DNA of 32,000 bases from an uncultured Actinomycetes bacterium (GTDB taxonomy: Bacteria > Actinomycetota > Actinomycetes > S36-B12 > CAIYMF01). The stretch spans positions 2,670,001 through 2,702,000 of the forward strand of contig CAWJMG010000003.1 of assembly GCA_963843975.1 (NCBI GenBank). The letters are read 5' to 3'. The translations under genes and the position numbers were made by a program. Numbering within the stretch: position 1 is the stretch's first letter; every line of letters starts with the position of its first letter. The notes beneath the pieces were generated by a model. That model was not told where the DNA came from. It saw nothing but the letters and a program-made list of their open reading frames with translations, and made no database searches. Of the stretch, positions 8,074 through 15,374 are shown in pieces.

Positions 8074-9568
8074 TCAGGTGGTGTAGTCGAGGCGGGTCAT
8101 CATTCCCGCCTCGGCGTGGTAGGCGTTATGGCAGTGCAGCATCCACAGACCCGGGTTATCCGCGACGAGGTCAACGCTCACGGCGCCCATGGCAGGTACC
8201 AGAACGGTGTCCTTGCGCGGACCCGTTCCCCCAGCTTCGCCGAGCTGGAAGGTGTGCCCGTGCAGGTGGATCGGGTGGGGCATCATCGTCTGGTTCCTGA
8301 TCCGCAGCCGGCCCGTCTGCCCGGCAGCGATGGTCAACGGCAGCACATCGTCGTAGGTGCGCCCGTTGACGGTCCACACGTACGGCGCCATGGACCCGCC
8401 AAGGACAACGTCCTGAACGGAGTCAGGCGTCAGCTTGGCCAGGGCGCTACCGGGCGCCGCGGTCACAGCGTCCACTGTCAACGGGTAGCCGTCGAGCTGC
8501 ACGAGGGCGGTACGTCACCGCGGGGACGGCGCCGGTCGCCGTGCGCACCAGCGCCCGCGCCAGCCCGGCCTTACCCAGTGGCTGCGCCACGAACGGGAAG
8601 ACGCCGTCCTTGAGGGTGACTGTCACGTCGTACCGCTCGCCCATCCCGAGACGCAGCAGCGAAGCAGGCACCTCGTTGACGCGATAGCCGTCGGAGTGGG
8701 TGACGCGCAGATCATGGCCGTCGAGGGCGACGTCGAAGATGGTGTCGGCAGACGCGTTGATGACACGCAGCCGCACTTTCTGTCCGGGTTTGCCTGCCAG
8801 GACCTCGGGGTCCGCGGGCGCACGACCGTTGACGAGGTAGAGCGGGTACTGGACGTCTCCCCCATCCATGCCGCTCATTCCCGAGCCCGCGTCCATGCCC
8901 CCCATGTCCATTCCACCCATGCCGCCGCCGGACTTTCCCGCAGCGAGCAATCCGTCGTAGATCTCCTGCGGTGACTGGCCGACGCCATCGGTCCAGTCGT
9001 CAAGAACGACGACCCACTCGAGGTCGTAGTCGCCCGATTCAGCGGGATCGTCCACGATGAACGGCGCGTACAGGCCGCGGTCGAGCTGCATGCCGTGGTG
9101 AGGGTGGAACCAGTGTGTGCCGGCGTCGGGCACGATGAAGTCGTAGCCAAAGGACGCCCCCGCACCGATCTCCGGCGTGGTAACGCCTGGAACACCGTCC
9201 ATGTCGTTTCTGATGGCCAGGCCGTGCCAATGGACGCTGGTGGCCTCGGGAAGCCCGTTCTGGAACTCGACCTGGACCCGATCGCCAGCCGTCGCGCGTA
9301 GCGGCGGTCCAGGGACACTGCCGTTGTAGGCCCATGTCGTGACCACGGTGCCAGCCAGGTCGACCTGAGTAGGCGCGGCGGTGAGAGTGAGCTTACGGAC
9401 CTGGCCTGTGGTGGGCCGCGCCGACTCGAACTTGTCGACAAGCGGTGCCAGCTGCGAGGCGTCGGCCGCCGCTGGAGAAGCCGAACGGGAGCAAGCGGCC
9501 AGGGTCGTGGCAGCGCCCGCGCCGACAAGGCCGATCAGGACCTTGCGCCTGCTCAAACACTCACTCAC
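8074..9568 (-). pseudogene. Multicopper oxidase lipoprotein, reading frame interrupted (frameshift near 8503-8530)
   Basis: Two ORFs in different frames (8447-9568 and 8074-8502) together encode one three-domain MCO. Features: Tat-like SRRKVLIG plus lipobox TLAAC; Cu ligand motifs HWHG, WFHPHH, HPIHLHGH, HCHNAYHAEAGMM; Met-rich insert GGMGGMDMGGMDAGSGMSGMDGG. The N-frame tail after ..TGAVPAVTY is Arg/Pro junk. The C-frame has a stop at 8515-8517, just upstream of RTALVQLDGYPLT. Confidence 0.85.
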
Positions 9569-9656
9569 GCGCTCGTCCTCTCCACCGCACGACTGAGCGG
9601 CCCAGATGACCGCCTTACCAGGATGGATGCCGAGTGTGGTCGTTCCCGCCAGGAAG

Positions 9657-9678
9657 GATGAAGGTTCGATGAAGGTGT
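9657..9678 (+). promoter_or_regulatory. Candidate response-regulator operator: tandem GATGAAGGTTC GATGAAGGTGT
   Basis: Two 11-bp units in exact register, 89 bp upstream of the MCO start (9568), in the divergent intergenic region. Confidence 0.55.
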
Positions 9679-9712
9679 CGGCTGTTGCGCCCGCCTCGGC
9701 CTGACCGGCCGC

Positions 9713-9734
9713 GGACCTTCATTGGACCTTCATC
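9713..9734 (-). promoter_or_regulatory. Candidate response-regulator operator: tandem GGACCTTCATT GGACCTTCATC (inverted copy of the 9657-9678 pair)
   Basis: Near-perfect 11-bp tandem, 44 bp upstream of GTG 9778, separated from the first pair by a 34-bp GC-rich spacer. Confidence 0.55.
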
Positions 9735-9777
9735 GTTGCGACGGAAGATCGCCACCCATCAGGTCGACAGTGAACCC

Positions 9778-10095
9778 GTGAACAACGCAACGACGACCTT
9801 CGACCCTGGCGCCCCCGGCGTCAGTGCCGCGGCACGCATAACCGTCATCACGGCACCTGGCTGCCACTACTGCCGCGACGCACTCGACGCGCTCGCCGAG
9901 ATCGGCGCAACGATTCCCCTCGAGGTGACCGAGGTAGATGTGCGCACCCCCGTGGGAATGTCGCTCATGCAGCAGCACGGGGCGGCGATGAGCCCTCTGG
10001 TCCTGCTTGACGGCAGTTTCGTCAGCGCAGGGCGGCTCCCGCGGGGCAAGCTCCGTTCGCTGCTGATCCAGCGAGTGGGACGGGTGACATCGTGA
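9778..10095 (+). CDS. Glutaredoxin/NrdH-like small thiol-disulfide protein
   Basis: Glutaredoxin-like core RITVITAPGCHYCRDALDALAEIG with CxxC. The stop overlaps the next gene start (GTGA). Start is uncertain: GTG 9778 was chosen because the track TTG 9685 extension covers the operator boxes; TTG 9736 is also possible. Confidence 0.72.
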   Translation: MNNATTTFDPGAPGVSAAARITVITAPGCHYCRDALDALAEIGATIPLEVTEVDVRTPVGMSLMQQHGAAMSPLVLLDGSFVSAGRLPRGKLRSLLIQRVGRVTS

Positions 10096-11072
10096 CGGAT
10101 CTGCTGACGACCGGGTCGATCCTCGCAGCCTTCCTCGCCGGCGGCGTGGCGCTGTTCGCTCCCTGCTGCATCGTGTTCCTGGCTCCCAGCTACCTCGCGG
10201 TCGCGGTCAAGAACCGACGCTGGCGCCTGCTGCCGCTCACGTTCGTGTTCGCCGCGGGGCTCGCGGCCGTGCTCGTTCCGATCACCCTCGGCATGAGCCT
10301 GCTCTCGGCTGCGATCGCCAACTACCACCGCATCCTCTACACCGGCGGGGCTTTGCTCATGTTCGCCCTCGCCGCATGGTCGCTGTCGGGCCGGATGTGG
10401 ACGATGCCAACCTTCCTGCGCTCCCCAGACACCCGCGGTGGCGACACGGCCAGCTTCTTCGCCCTCGGGGTGTTCTCCGGCATCGCCTCGTCGTGCTGCG
10501 CTCCGGTCCTGGTCGGTGTCATGACCCTTTCTGCGCTCTCAGGAAGCGCGGTCGGTGGGCTGGCCCTCGGCCTGGCCTTCGTGTTCGGCATGGTGTTTCC
10601 CCTGTTCGTGATGGCACTGCTGTGGGACCGCTTCGACCTGGGAAACCGCACGTTCCTCCAGGCAAAGCCCGTCACCCTGCGCCTGCCGCGCGGAACGACC
10701 GTGCACACCAACACCATCAACGTCGCAGTCGCGATCGCCTTCGCCGTGATGGGAAGCTTCATCCTGTATCTCGCGGAGACCGGAACCATGACGACCGGCA
10801 CGGGCTTCCAGGTCGCGTTCGGCGAGCGCCTCAGCGCCGTCTTCGCGCAGATCCAGATCTGGACTTCCGGTGTCCCGGAGCCCATCCTCGGGCTCGGCAT
10901 CCTGGCGCTGGTCTCGGTCTTCATCATCGCCACGCTCCACCACAAGGACCGGCCGGCGCCGACTCTCACCCCCTCATCGGCGCCGGCTGACAACCACAGC
11001 ACCCAGCCGCACTGCCACGGCGCTGACAGCGTCGGCCAGCCCAGCGACGCCAAGGAGAGGACCACCCCGTGA
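10092..11072 (+). CDS. CcdA-like / DsbD_2 family transmembrane thiol-reductant transporter (second paralog in window)
   Basis: 326-aa polytopic protein. Vicinal Cys pairs sit in two TM segments (LFAPCCIVFLAPSYL at nt 10164-10169; IASSCCAPVLVG at nt 10494-10499). His/Ser-rich C-terminal tail. GTGA overlaps on both sides. Confidence 0.85.
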   Translation: MTDLLTTGSILAAFLAGGVALFAPCCIVFLAPSYLAVAVKNRRWRLLPLTFVFAAGLAAVLVPITLGMSLLSAAIANYHRILYTGGALLMFALAAWSLSGRMWTMPTFLRSPDTRGGDTASFFALGVFSGIASSCCAPVLVGVMTLSALSGSAVGGLALGLAFVFGMVFPLFVMALLWDRFDLGNRTFLQAKPVTLRLPRGTTVHTNTINVAVAIAFAVMGSFILYLAETGTMTTGTGFQVAFGERLSAVFAQIQIWTSGVPEPILGLGILALVSVFIIATLHHKDRPAPTLTPSSAPADNHSTQPHCHGADSVGQPSDAKERTTP

Positions 11073-11707
11073 CTAGCCACGCCACCGCCAGGCACAACTC
11101 TCAGGAACGGCGCGAAGCCGAACGGGCCGCCCGGCTCGACCACGACCGAATCGCAGCAACCCGTAAGCGTCGCCGCACGGGTCTCAAGATCGCCGCCGGG
11201 CTGGCCGTCGTCGGACTCGTCACCGCCGGCTTGCTCAGCAGCCGTCCCCAGGACACCAGCGCCATTCGTCCGGCCCCGGGCTTCACCTTGACCGATACCA
11301 GCGGCGCTACGGTGAGCCTGGGCGACTACCTCGGAAAGAACGTCATCCTGTACTTCTCCGAGGGCGCCGGGTGCCAGTCCTGCCTGGTTCAGATGGCCCA
11401 GATCGAGAAGGCCAGGTCGAAGTTCGACGCCGCCAACCTCACCGTTCTTCCCATCGTCATGAACACCAAGGAGCAGATCACCGCTGATATGTCGGCGTAC
11501 GGCGTCAGGACTCCGTTCCTTCTCGACGACGGCTCGGTGTCCACTGCATACGGCACGATCGGCAAGGGGATGCACGGCGGTCTGCCCGGGCACTCCTTCG
11601 TCGTCATCGACGACCAGGGGCAGCAGCGCTGGTACGGCGAGTACCCCTCCATGTGGCTCGCACCCGAGGAACTGCTCACTCAGGCTACGGCAGCGCTGAC
11701 GCGCTGA
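11069..11707 (+). CDS. Membrane-anchored redoxin (AhpC/TSA-thioredoxin-like) with CxxC
   Basis: 212 aa. Basic N-terminus, one TM (LKIAAGLAVVGLVTAGLL), then a thioredoxin-fold domain with YFSEGAGCQSCLVQMAQIE. Confidence 0.85.
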   Translation: MTSHATARHNSQERREAERAARLDHDRIAATRKRRRTGLKIAAGLAVVGLVTAGLLSSRPQDTSAIRPAPGFTLTDTSGATVSLGDYLGKNVILYFSEGAGCQSCLVQMAQIEKARSKFDAANLTVLPIVMNTKEQITADMSAYGVRTPFLLDDGSVSTAYGTIGKGMHGGLPGHSFVVIDDQGQQRWYGEYPSMWLAPEELLTQATAALTR

Positions 11708-11735
11708 TGTCCGGCTGATCAAGGGAGCCATCGGC

Positions 11736-12026
11736 ATGCAATGGATCTCGGGCCTCTGGGCGGCGGGCAGCGGCTGGGCCCCCGCGCTCGTGGCCGGCGT
11801 ATGGCTGTGCCTCGTCATCACCGCCGTCGCCGCCGCACGGTCCCTCTACGGCGGCAGTTCCGACCGGGCCGACCACTCCCTGGGGCGACAGACCCACGGC
11901 GACCTGAACCGGCTCCTCGCCTCCGGGCTCATGTCCCCCCACGAGTACGAGCAGGCTCTCGACGCACTGTCACGTTCACGACGCCCGACCGTAGATGGCC
12001 ACCAACCCTGGGAAGGCAAACCATGA
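11736..12026 (+). CDS. Small membrane protein with weak SHOCT-like C-terminus
   Basis: 96 aa. AAGGGAG 9 nt upstream of ATG 11736. TM APALVAGVWLCLVITAVAAA, then DLNRLLASGLMSPHEYEQALDAL. ATGA overlap with the csoR-like gene. Confidence 0.6.
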   Translation: MQWISGLWAAGSGWAPALVAGVWLCLVITAVAAARSLYGGSSDRADHSLGRQTHGDLNRLLASGLMSPHEYEQALDALSRSRRPTVDGHQPWEGKP

Positions 12027-12325
12027 CTGCTACGAGGACGACCAACGCCGCCGGCGCCCACGCGCTCAGCGACGCAGCGGCTCGCCACGCCCTCATCGGC
12101 CGCCTGCACCGTGCCGAGGGCCAGCTCCACGGGGTTGCCGCGATGGTCGAGCAGGGCCGACCCTGCAACGAGGTAGTGGTCCAGCTGATGGCTGTGAGCA
12201 AGGCCGTGGAGCGGGCAGCCCTTCAGGTTGTAACTGAGAACCTTCGAGAGTGCGTGGCGTCCGGCGACCTGGACCTGTCGACCCTTGCTGACGACTTGGC
12301 CGGACTGCTACGCCCGATGGCATGA
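12023..12325 (+). CDS. CsoR/RcnR (DUF156) family metal- or thiol-sensing transcriptional repressor, atypical ligand set
   Basis: 100 aa from ATG 12023 inside track ORF 11741-12325. Family core RLHRAEGQLHGVAAMVEQGRPCNEVVVQLMAVSKAVERAALQVV. Cys48 and Cys77 have the canonical 29-residue spacing, but position 73 is Asn, not His. Confidence 0.85.
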   Translation: MTATRTTNAAGAHALSDAAARHALIGRLHRAEGQLHGVAAMVEQGRPCNEVVVQLMAVSKAVERAALQVVTENLRECVASGDLDLSTLADDLAGLLRPMA

Positions 12326-12591
12326 CCGGAGCAACCCGGTTCGAGCTTCGCCCGCTCAACTGTTCTGGCCCTTCAGGTGGCACCAGCGCCAGCCGACGGC
12401 CCACGTCCTGACTTCATCACCATCGATAACGGCGTCCGGGATCACCTCCTGCAGCGCCAACGGCCCCCCGCAACGCGTCCTGCACCAGACCACCATGACC
12501 TGCCGCGCCGCACTTCTCCGCTGGGCCGAGCCTCCGCGGGATTCAGCCAGACTGGGCTATGCCAACCGACTACATGGAGTTCCAACCCCGC

Positions 12592-12645
12592 GGTGAAGAA
12601 CCACTAGGAACCTTCACACTTCGCCACACAGTTTCGTGAAGTTCG
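12592..12645. promoter_or_regulatory. Candidate operator cluster: GGTGAAGAACC (12592), GGAACCTTCAC (12607, opposite strand), CGTGAAGTTCG (12635)
   Basis: Three TGAAG-type boxes 60-110 bp upstream of the SHOCT-PepSY-RR-HK operon start (12705). This placement would allow autoregulation. Confidence 0.4.
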
Positions 12646-12704
12646 CCGGGCATCGTGGTTCGTGAGTCGGGACAGCGGGTCCCGCGAAGGTGAGGAGTAC
12701 GGCG

Positions 12705-12983
12705 ATGATGGACTGGTACGGAAACGGAATGGGCGGCGGGGGCTCGCTGACCTGGATGTTCATGGTGCTGTTCTGGATCGCGCTGATTGCGCTGGTCGTC
12801 TTCCTAGTGGTCAAGCTGCTACCCGGGTCGTCCCGGCAGGATGAGGTGCCCAAGTCACCGAACTCGACCGCGGTGGAGACTCCGGAGCAGGTTCTAGACC
12901 GAATGTTCGCCATGGGCGAGATCGATGAGCAGACCTACCGGGCCCGGCGCGCGGCCCTCACTGAGATGCGGAAGCCATCATGA
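12705..12983 (+). CDS. Small membrane protein with C-terminal SHOCT domain
   Basis: Start at ATG 12705, preceded by GGTGAGGAG. Gly/Met-rich N-terminus MMDWYGNGMGGGGS, one TM, then SHOCT segment QVLDRMFAMGEIDEQTYRARRAAL. ATGA overlap with the next gene. Confidence 0.8.
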   Translation: MMDWYGNGMGGGGSLTWMFMVLFWIALIALVVFLVVKLLPGSSRQDEVPKSPNSTAVETPEQVLDRMFAMGEIDEQTYRARRAALTEMRKPS

Positions 12984-13423
12984 GTGCGCATCGTCGTGGC
13001 TATCTCGCTGCACTCGTCATCGCGGTCGTGACCCTGATCGGGACGGTCGGTGCCGCAGCCGTCTACGCCACGTCTCACGGTTCCCGATGGGCTGCGGCCT
13101 CCCCTGCTGACAACGGCGACACGGGATGGGGCGAGATGATGGGCGGCTCGGGACGGGGCGGCGGCACGATGGGTGGCTCCGACTCGGGCACCGCTACCGT
13201 GAGCCTGCGGCAAGCGCAGACGATCGCTCATGACTGGGTATCCAAGAACGCCGCCGGCGCGACCCTCGACTCCGGAGTGACCATGCCGATGGGCTACGTG
13301 TTCACCGTAAGCCAGGTCAATCAGATGGTGGCTCGCATCATGGTGAACGACGACACAGGCGAGGTCATTGTCCGCAGCGTGACCTACTCGAGGCCCACCG
13401 CGACAGCCAGATCGGTTAACTGA
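12980..13423 (+). CDS. Membrane-anchored protein with PepSY-like C-terminal domain
   Basis: 147 aa. N-terminal TM (YLAALVIAVVTLIGTVGAAAV), a Gly/Met-rich linker (GWGEMMGGSGRGGGTMGGS), then a PepSY-like segment SLRQAQTIAHDWV...VFTV...VNDDTGEVI. Confidence 0.6.
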   Translation: MSAHRRGYLAALVIAVVTLIGTVGAAAVYATSHGSRWAAASPADNGDTGWGEMMGGSGRGGGTMGGSDSGTATVSLRQAQTIAHDWVSKNAAGATLDSGVTMPMGYVFTVSQVNQMVARIMVNDDTGEVIVRSVTYSRPTATARSVN

Positions 13424-13425
13424 CC

Positions 13426-14142
13426 ATGCCGGACGCGGCAACGCCCCCCGGGAAGGGGGCGAGGGTGAGGGCACTCGTCATCGAAGACGAAGCCCCCATC
13501 CGTCGTGTCATCGCCGCGTACCTCACCCAGGAAGGGTTCGACGTCAGTGAGATCGACAATGGGCTGACCGCGCTCGAGGTTATCGAACGGGAGCTGCCCG
13601 ATGTCATCGTCCTGGACCTGATGCTGCCCGGCCTCGACGGCGTCGAAGTCTGCCGGCGGTTGCGCACGTTCAGCGATGCCTATGTCGTGATGCTCACCGC
13701 TCGAGCAGAGGAGGTCGACACTCTCATCGGCCTTTCTGTGGGGGCGGACGACTACATGACGAAACCATTTAGCAACCGCGAGCTCGTCGCCCGGATCCAC
13801 GCCATGATGCGGCGCCCGCGAGCCAGTCTCCCAGCCGACGGAGTGCGCGCGTTCGGGAGCCTGAAGATCGACCCGGAAAGTCGGGAAGTCATCCTTGACG
13901 GAGCCTCCGTGGAATTCACCCGCACCGAGTTCGATATTCTCGATGTCCTGTCCGCTCAACCGCGGCGCGTCTACTCCCGGGAACGACTCATCGACGCGGT
14001 GTGGGGAGCCGGCTGGATCGCTGACGCCCGCATCGTCGACGTCCACGTCTCCCACATCCGCGCGAAGCTCGGCGACTCTACGACAGACCCGAAGTACATC
14101 CTGACCGTCCGTGGCGTCGGGTTCCGGATGGGCACCGGATGA
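13426..14142 (+). CDS. OmpR/PhoB-family response regulator (CopR-like by context)
   Basis: 238 aa. Receiver domain (ALVIEDE.., DVIVLDLMLPGLDG, KPF) plus a winged-helix domain (LTVRGVGFRMG). ATGA overlap with the kinase gene. Confidence 0.93.
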   Translation: MPDAATPPGKGARVRALVIEDEAPIRRVIAAYLTQEGFDVSEIDNGLTALEVIERELPDVIVLDLMLPGLDGVEVCRRLRTFSDAYVVMLTARAEEVDTLIGLSVGADDYMTKPFSNRELVARIHAMMRRPRASLPADGVRAFGSLKIDPESREVILDGASVEFTRTEFDILDVLSAQPRRVYSRERLIDAVWGAGWIADARIVDVHVSHIRAKLGDSTTDPKYILTVRGVGFRMGTG

Positions 14143-15302
14143 CCCGGCAACGGGTCGTGGCCTCGCACGGGCAGGGGCCAACCCTGCGCATCCGCATATT
14201 CGGGGTCATGGGCCTGGTCGTGTTGGCCGGAGCCGGTACACTCCTGCTCGTTGCCCTGCTCGCGGCGCCGGCAGTGTTCTACCGATCTCTTATCAGTGCT
14301 GGGGTCGACCCAAACACCGAGCTTGCCGCCCGCGTCCACCAGGGGTTCGCCTCCGCAACACTGGTGTCGATCGCGGCCGGCGTCGCCGCTGCGATCCTGG
14401 TGGCGGCGATGATGTCCATCCTGGTCACAAGACGCATCACCCAGCCGATCACCGAGGCTGCCGCCGCAGCCGAGCGGCTCGCTGCTGGCGACTACAGCGC
14501 GCGAGCCGCCGCTTCGCGCATGGGTCCCGAGCTCGCCAGCCTGACGTCCTCGGTGAACACCCTCGCCCAGCGCCTCGAGGCGAGCGAGCAAGCCCGCCAA
14601 CGCCTCATGTCCGACCTCGCGCACGAGCTCCGCACCCCCCTGACGTCGATCGACGCCACCGTCGAAGCGATCGCCGACGGAGTCCTCCCGGCGGATCGGA
14701 GTACCCTCCGAACACTCACGGACCAAGCCCGGCGCCTCGACCGTCTCATCGACGATCTCAACGCCGCCTCCCGGGCAGACGAACACGCGTTTCGGGTGAA
14801 CACTCAAGTGACCGAAATTTCCGACGTCGTTCGTTCAACCGTCTCACAAGCCCACGCTCGATACACCAGCTTCGGCGTCGCACTTGAGACCGTGAACGTT
14901 GCGAAAGCCACGGCGTTTGCTGACCCAGACCGACTCGCGGAGGTTCTCGGCCAGCTCCTCGACAACTCCCTGGCCCAGTGCGTGGACGGAGACATCGTCC
15001 GCGTTTCGTGGATCACGCACTCCGACGACGTTCAAATCACGGTCTCCGACACAGGGCGTGGTTTCGATCCGCAGGACGCCGAACGGTTGTTCCAACGCTT
15101 CTACCGCCGACAACCCGACCCAGCTGGGCGGGCGGCCGGGGGGCACGGCGTCGGCCTCACCATCGCGAGAGCGCTGATCGAAGCGCAGAACGGAACGCTC
15201 ACCGCGACAAGCACTGGGCTGGGATGCGGCGCCTCATTCACCATCACAGTCCCACGCCGCCAGGACCTGAGAGCCACTCACGCGGCCTCCACCCGGAGCT
15301 GA
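14139..15302 (+). CDS. HAMP-domain sensor histidine kinase with very short extracytoplasmic loop (CopS-like by context)
   Basis: 387 aa. Two TMs flank a ~25-30-aa loop. HAMP domain, H-box SDLAHELRTPLTSI, N/G boxes (LLDNSL.., DTGRGF, GHGVGLTIARALIEAQNG). Confidence 0.92.
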   Translation: MTRQRVVASHGQGPTLRIRIFGVMGLVVLAGAGTLLLVALLAAPAVFYRSLISAGVDPNTELAARVHQGFASATLVSIAAGVAAAILVAAMMSILVTRRITQPITEAAAAAERLAAGDYSARAAASRMGPELASLTSSVNTLAQRLEASEQARQRLMSDLAHELRTPLTSIDATVEAIADGVLPADRSTLRTLTDQARRLDRLIDDLNAASRADEHAFRVNTQVTEISDVVRSTVSQAHARYTSFGVALETVNVAKATAFADPDRLAEVLGQLLDNSLAQCVDGDIVRVSWITHSDDVQITVSDTGRGFDPQDAERLFQRFYRRQPDPAGRAAGGHGVGLTIARALIEAQNGTLTATSTGLGCGASFTITVPRRQDLRATHAASTRS

Positions 15303-15344
15303 TCTCCACAACGTCCCCACGTTCGCCGCAGCGTGCCGAGCTTC

Positions 15345-15374
15345 GGTCGCCTCCCCCGAGCCGGGAGGGCGACC
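15345..15374. terminator. GC-rich stem-loop between convergent genes
   Basis: GGTCGCCTCCC-N7-GGGAGGGCGACC (11-bp stem with one bulge), 43 nt after the kinase stop. No U-tract, which is common for actinobacterial terminators. Confidence 0.35.

Noticed and set aside
8440-8530. Programmed ribosomal frameshift in the multicopper oxidase
   Set aside because: No slippery heptamer or downstream structure is evident at the junction. A simple indel (mutation or assembly error) is the more economical explanation.
10337-11821. 494-aa minus-strand ORF antisense to the CcdA-like and redoxin genes
   Set aside because: Low-complexity Arg/Pro/Gly composition. The plus-strand genes carry clear TM and CxxC signatures and translational coupling.
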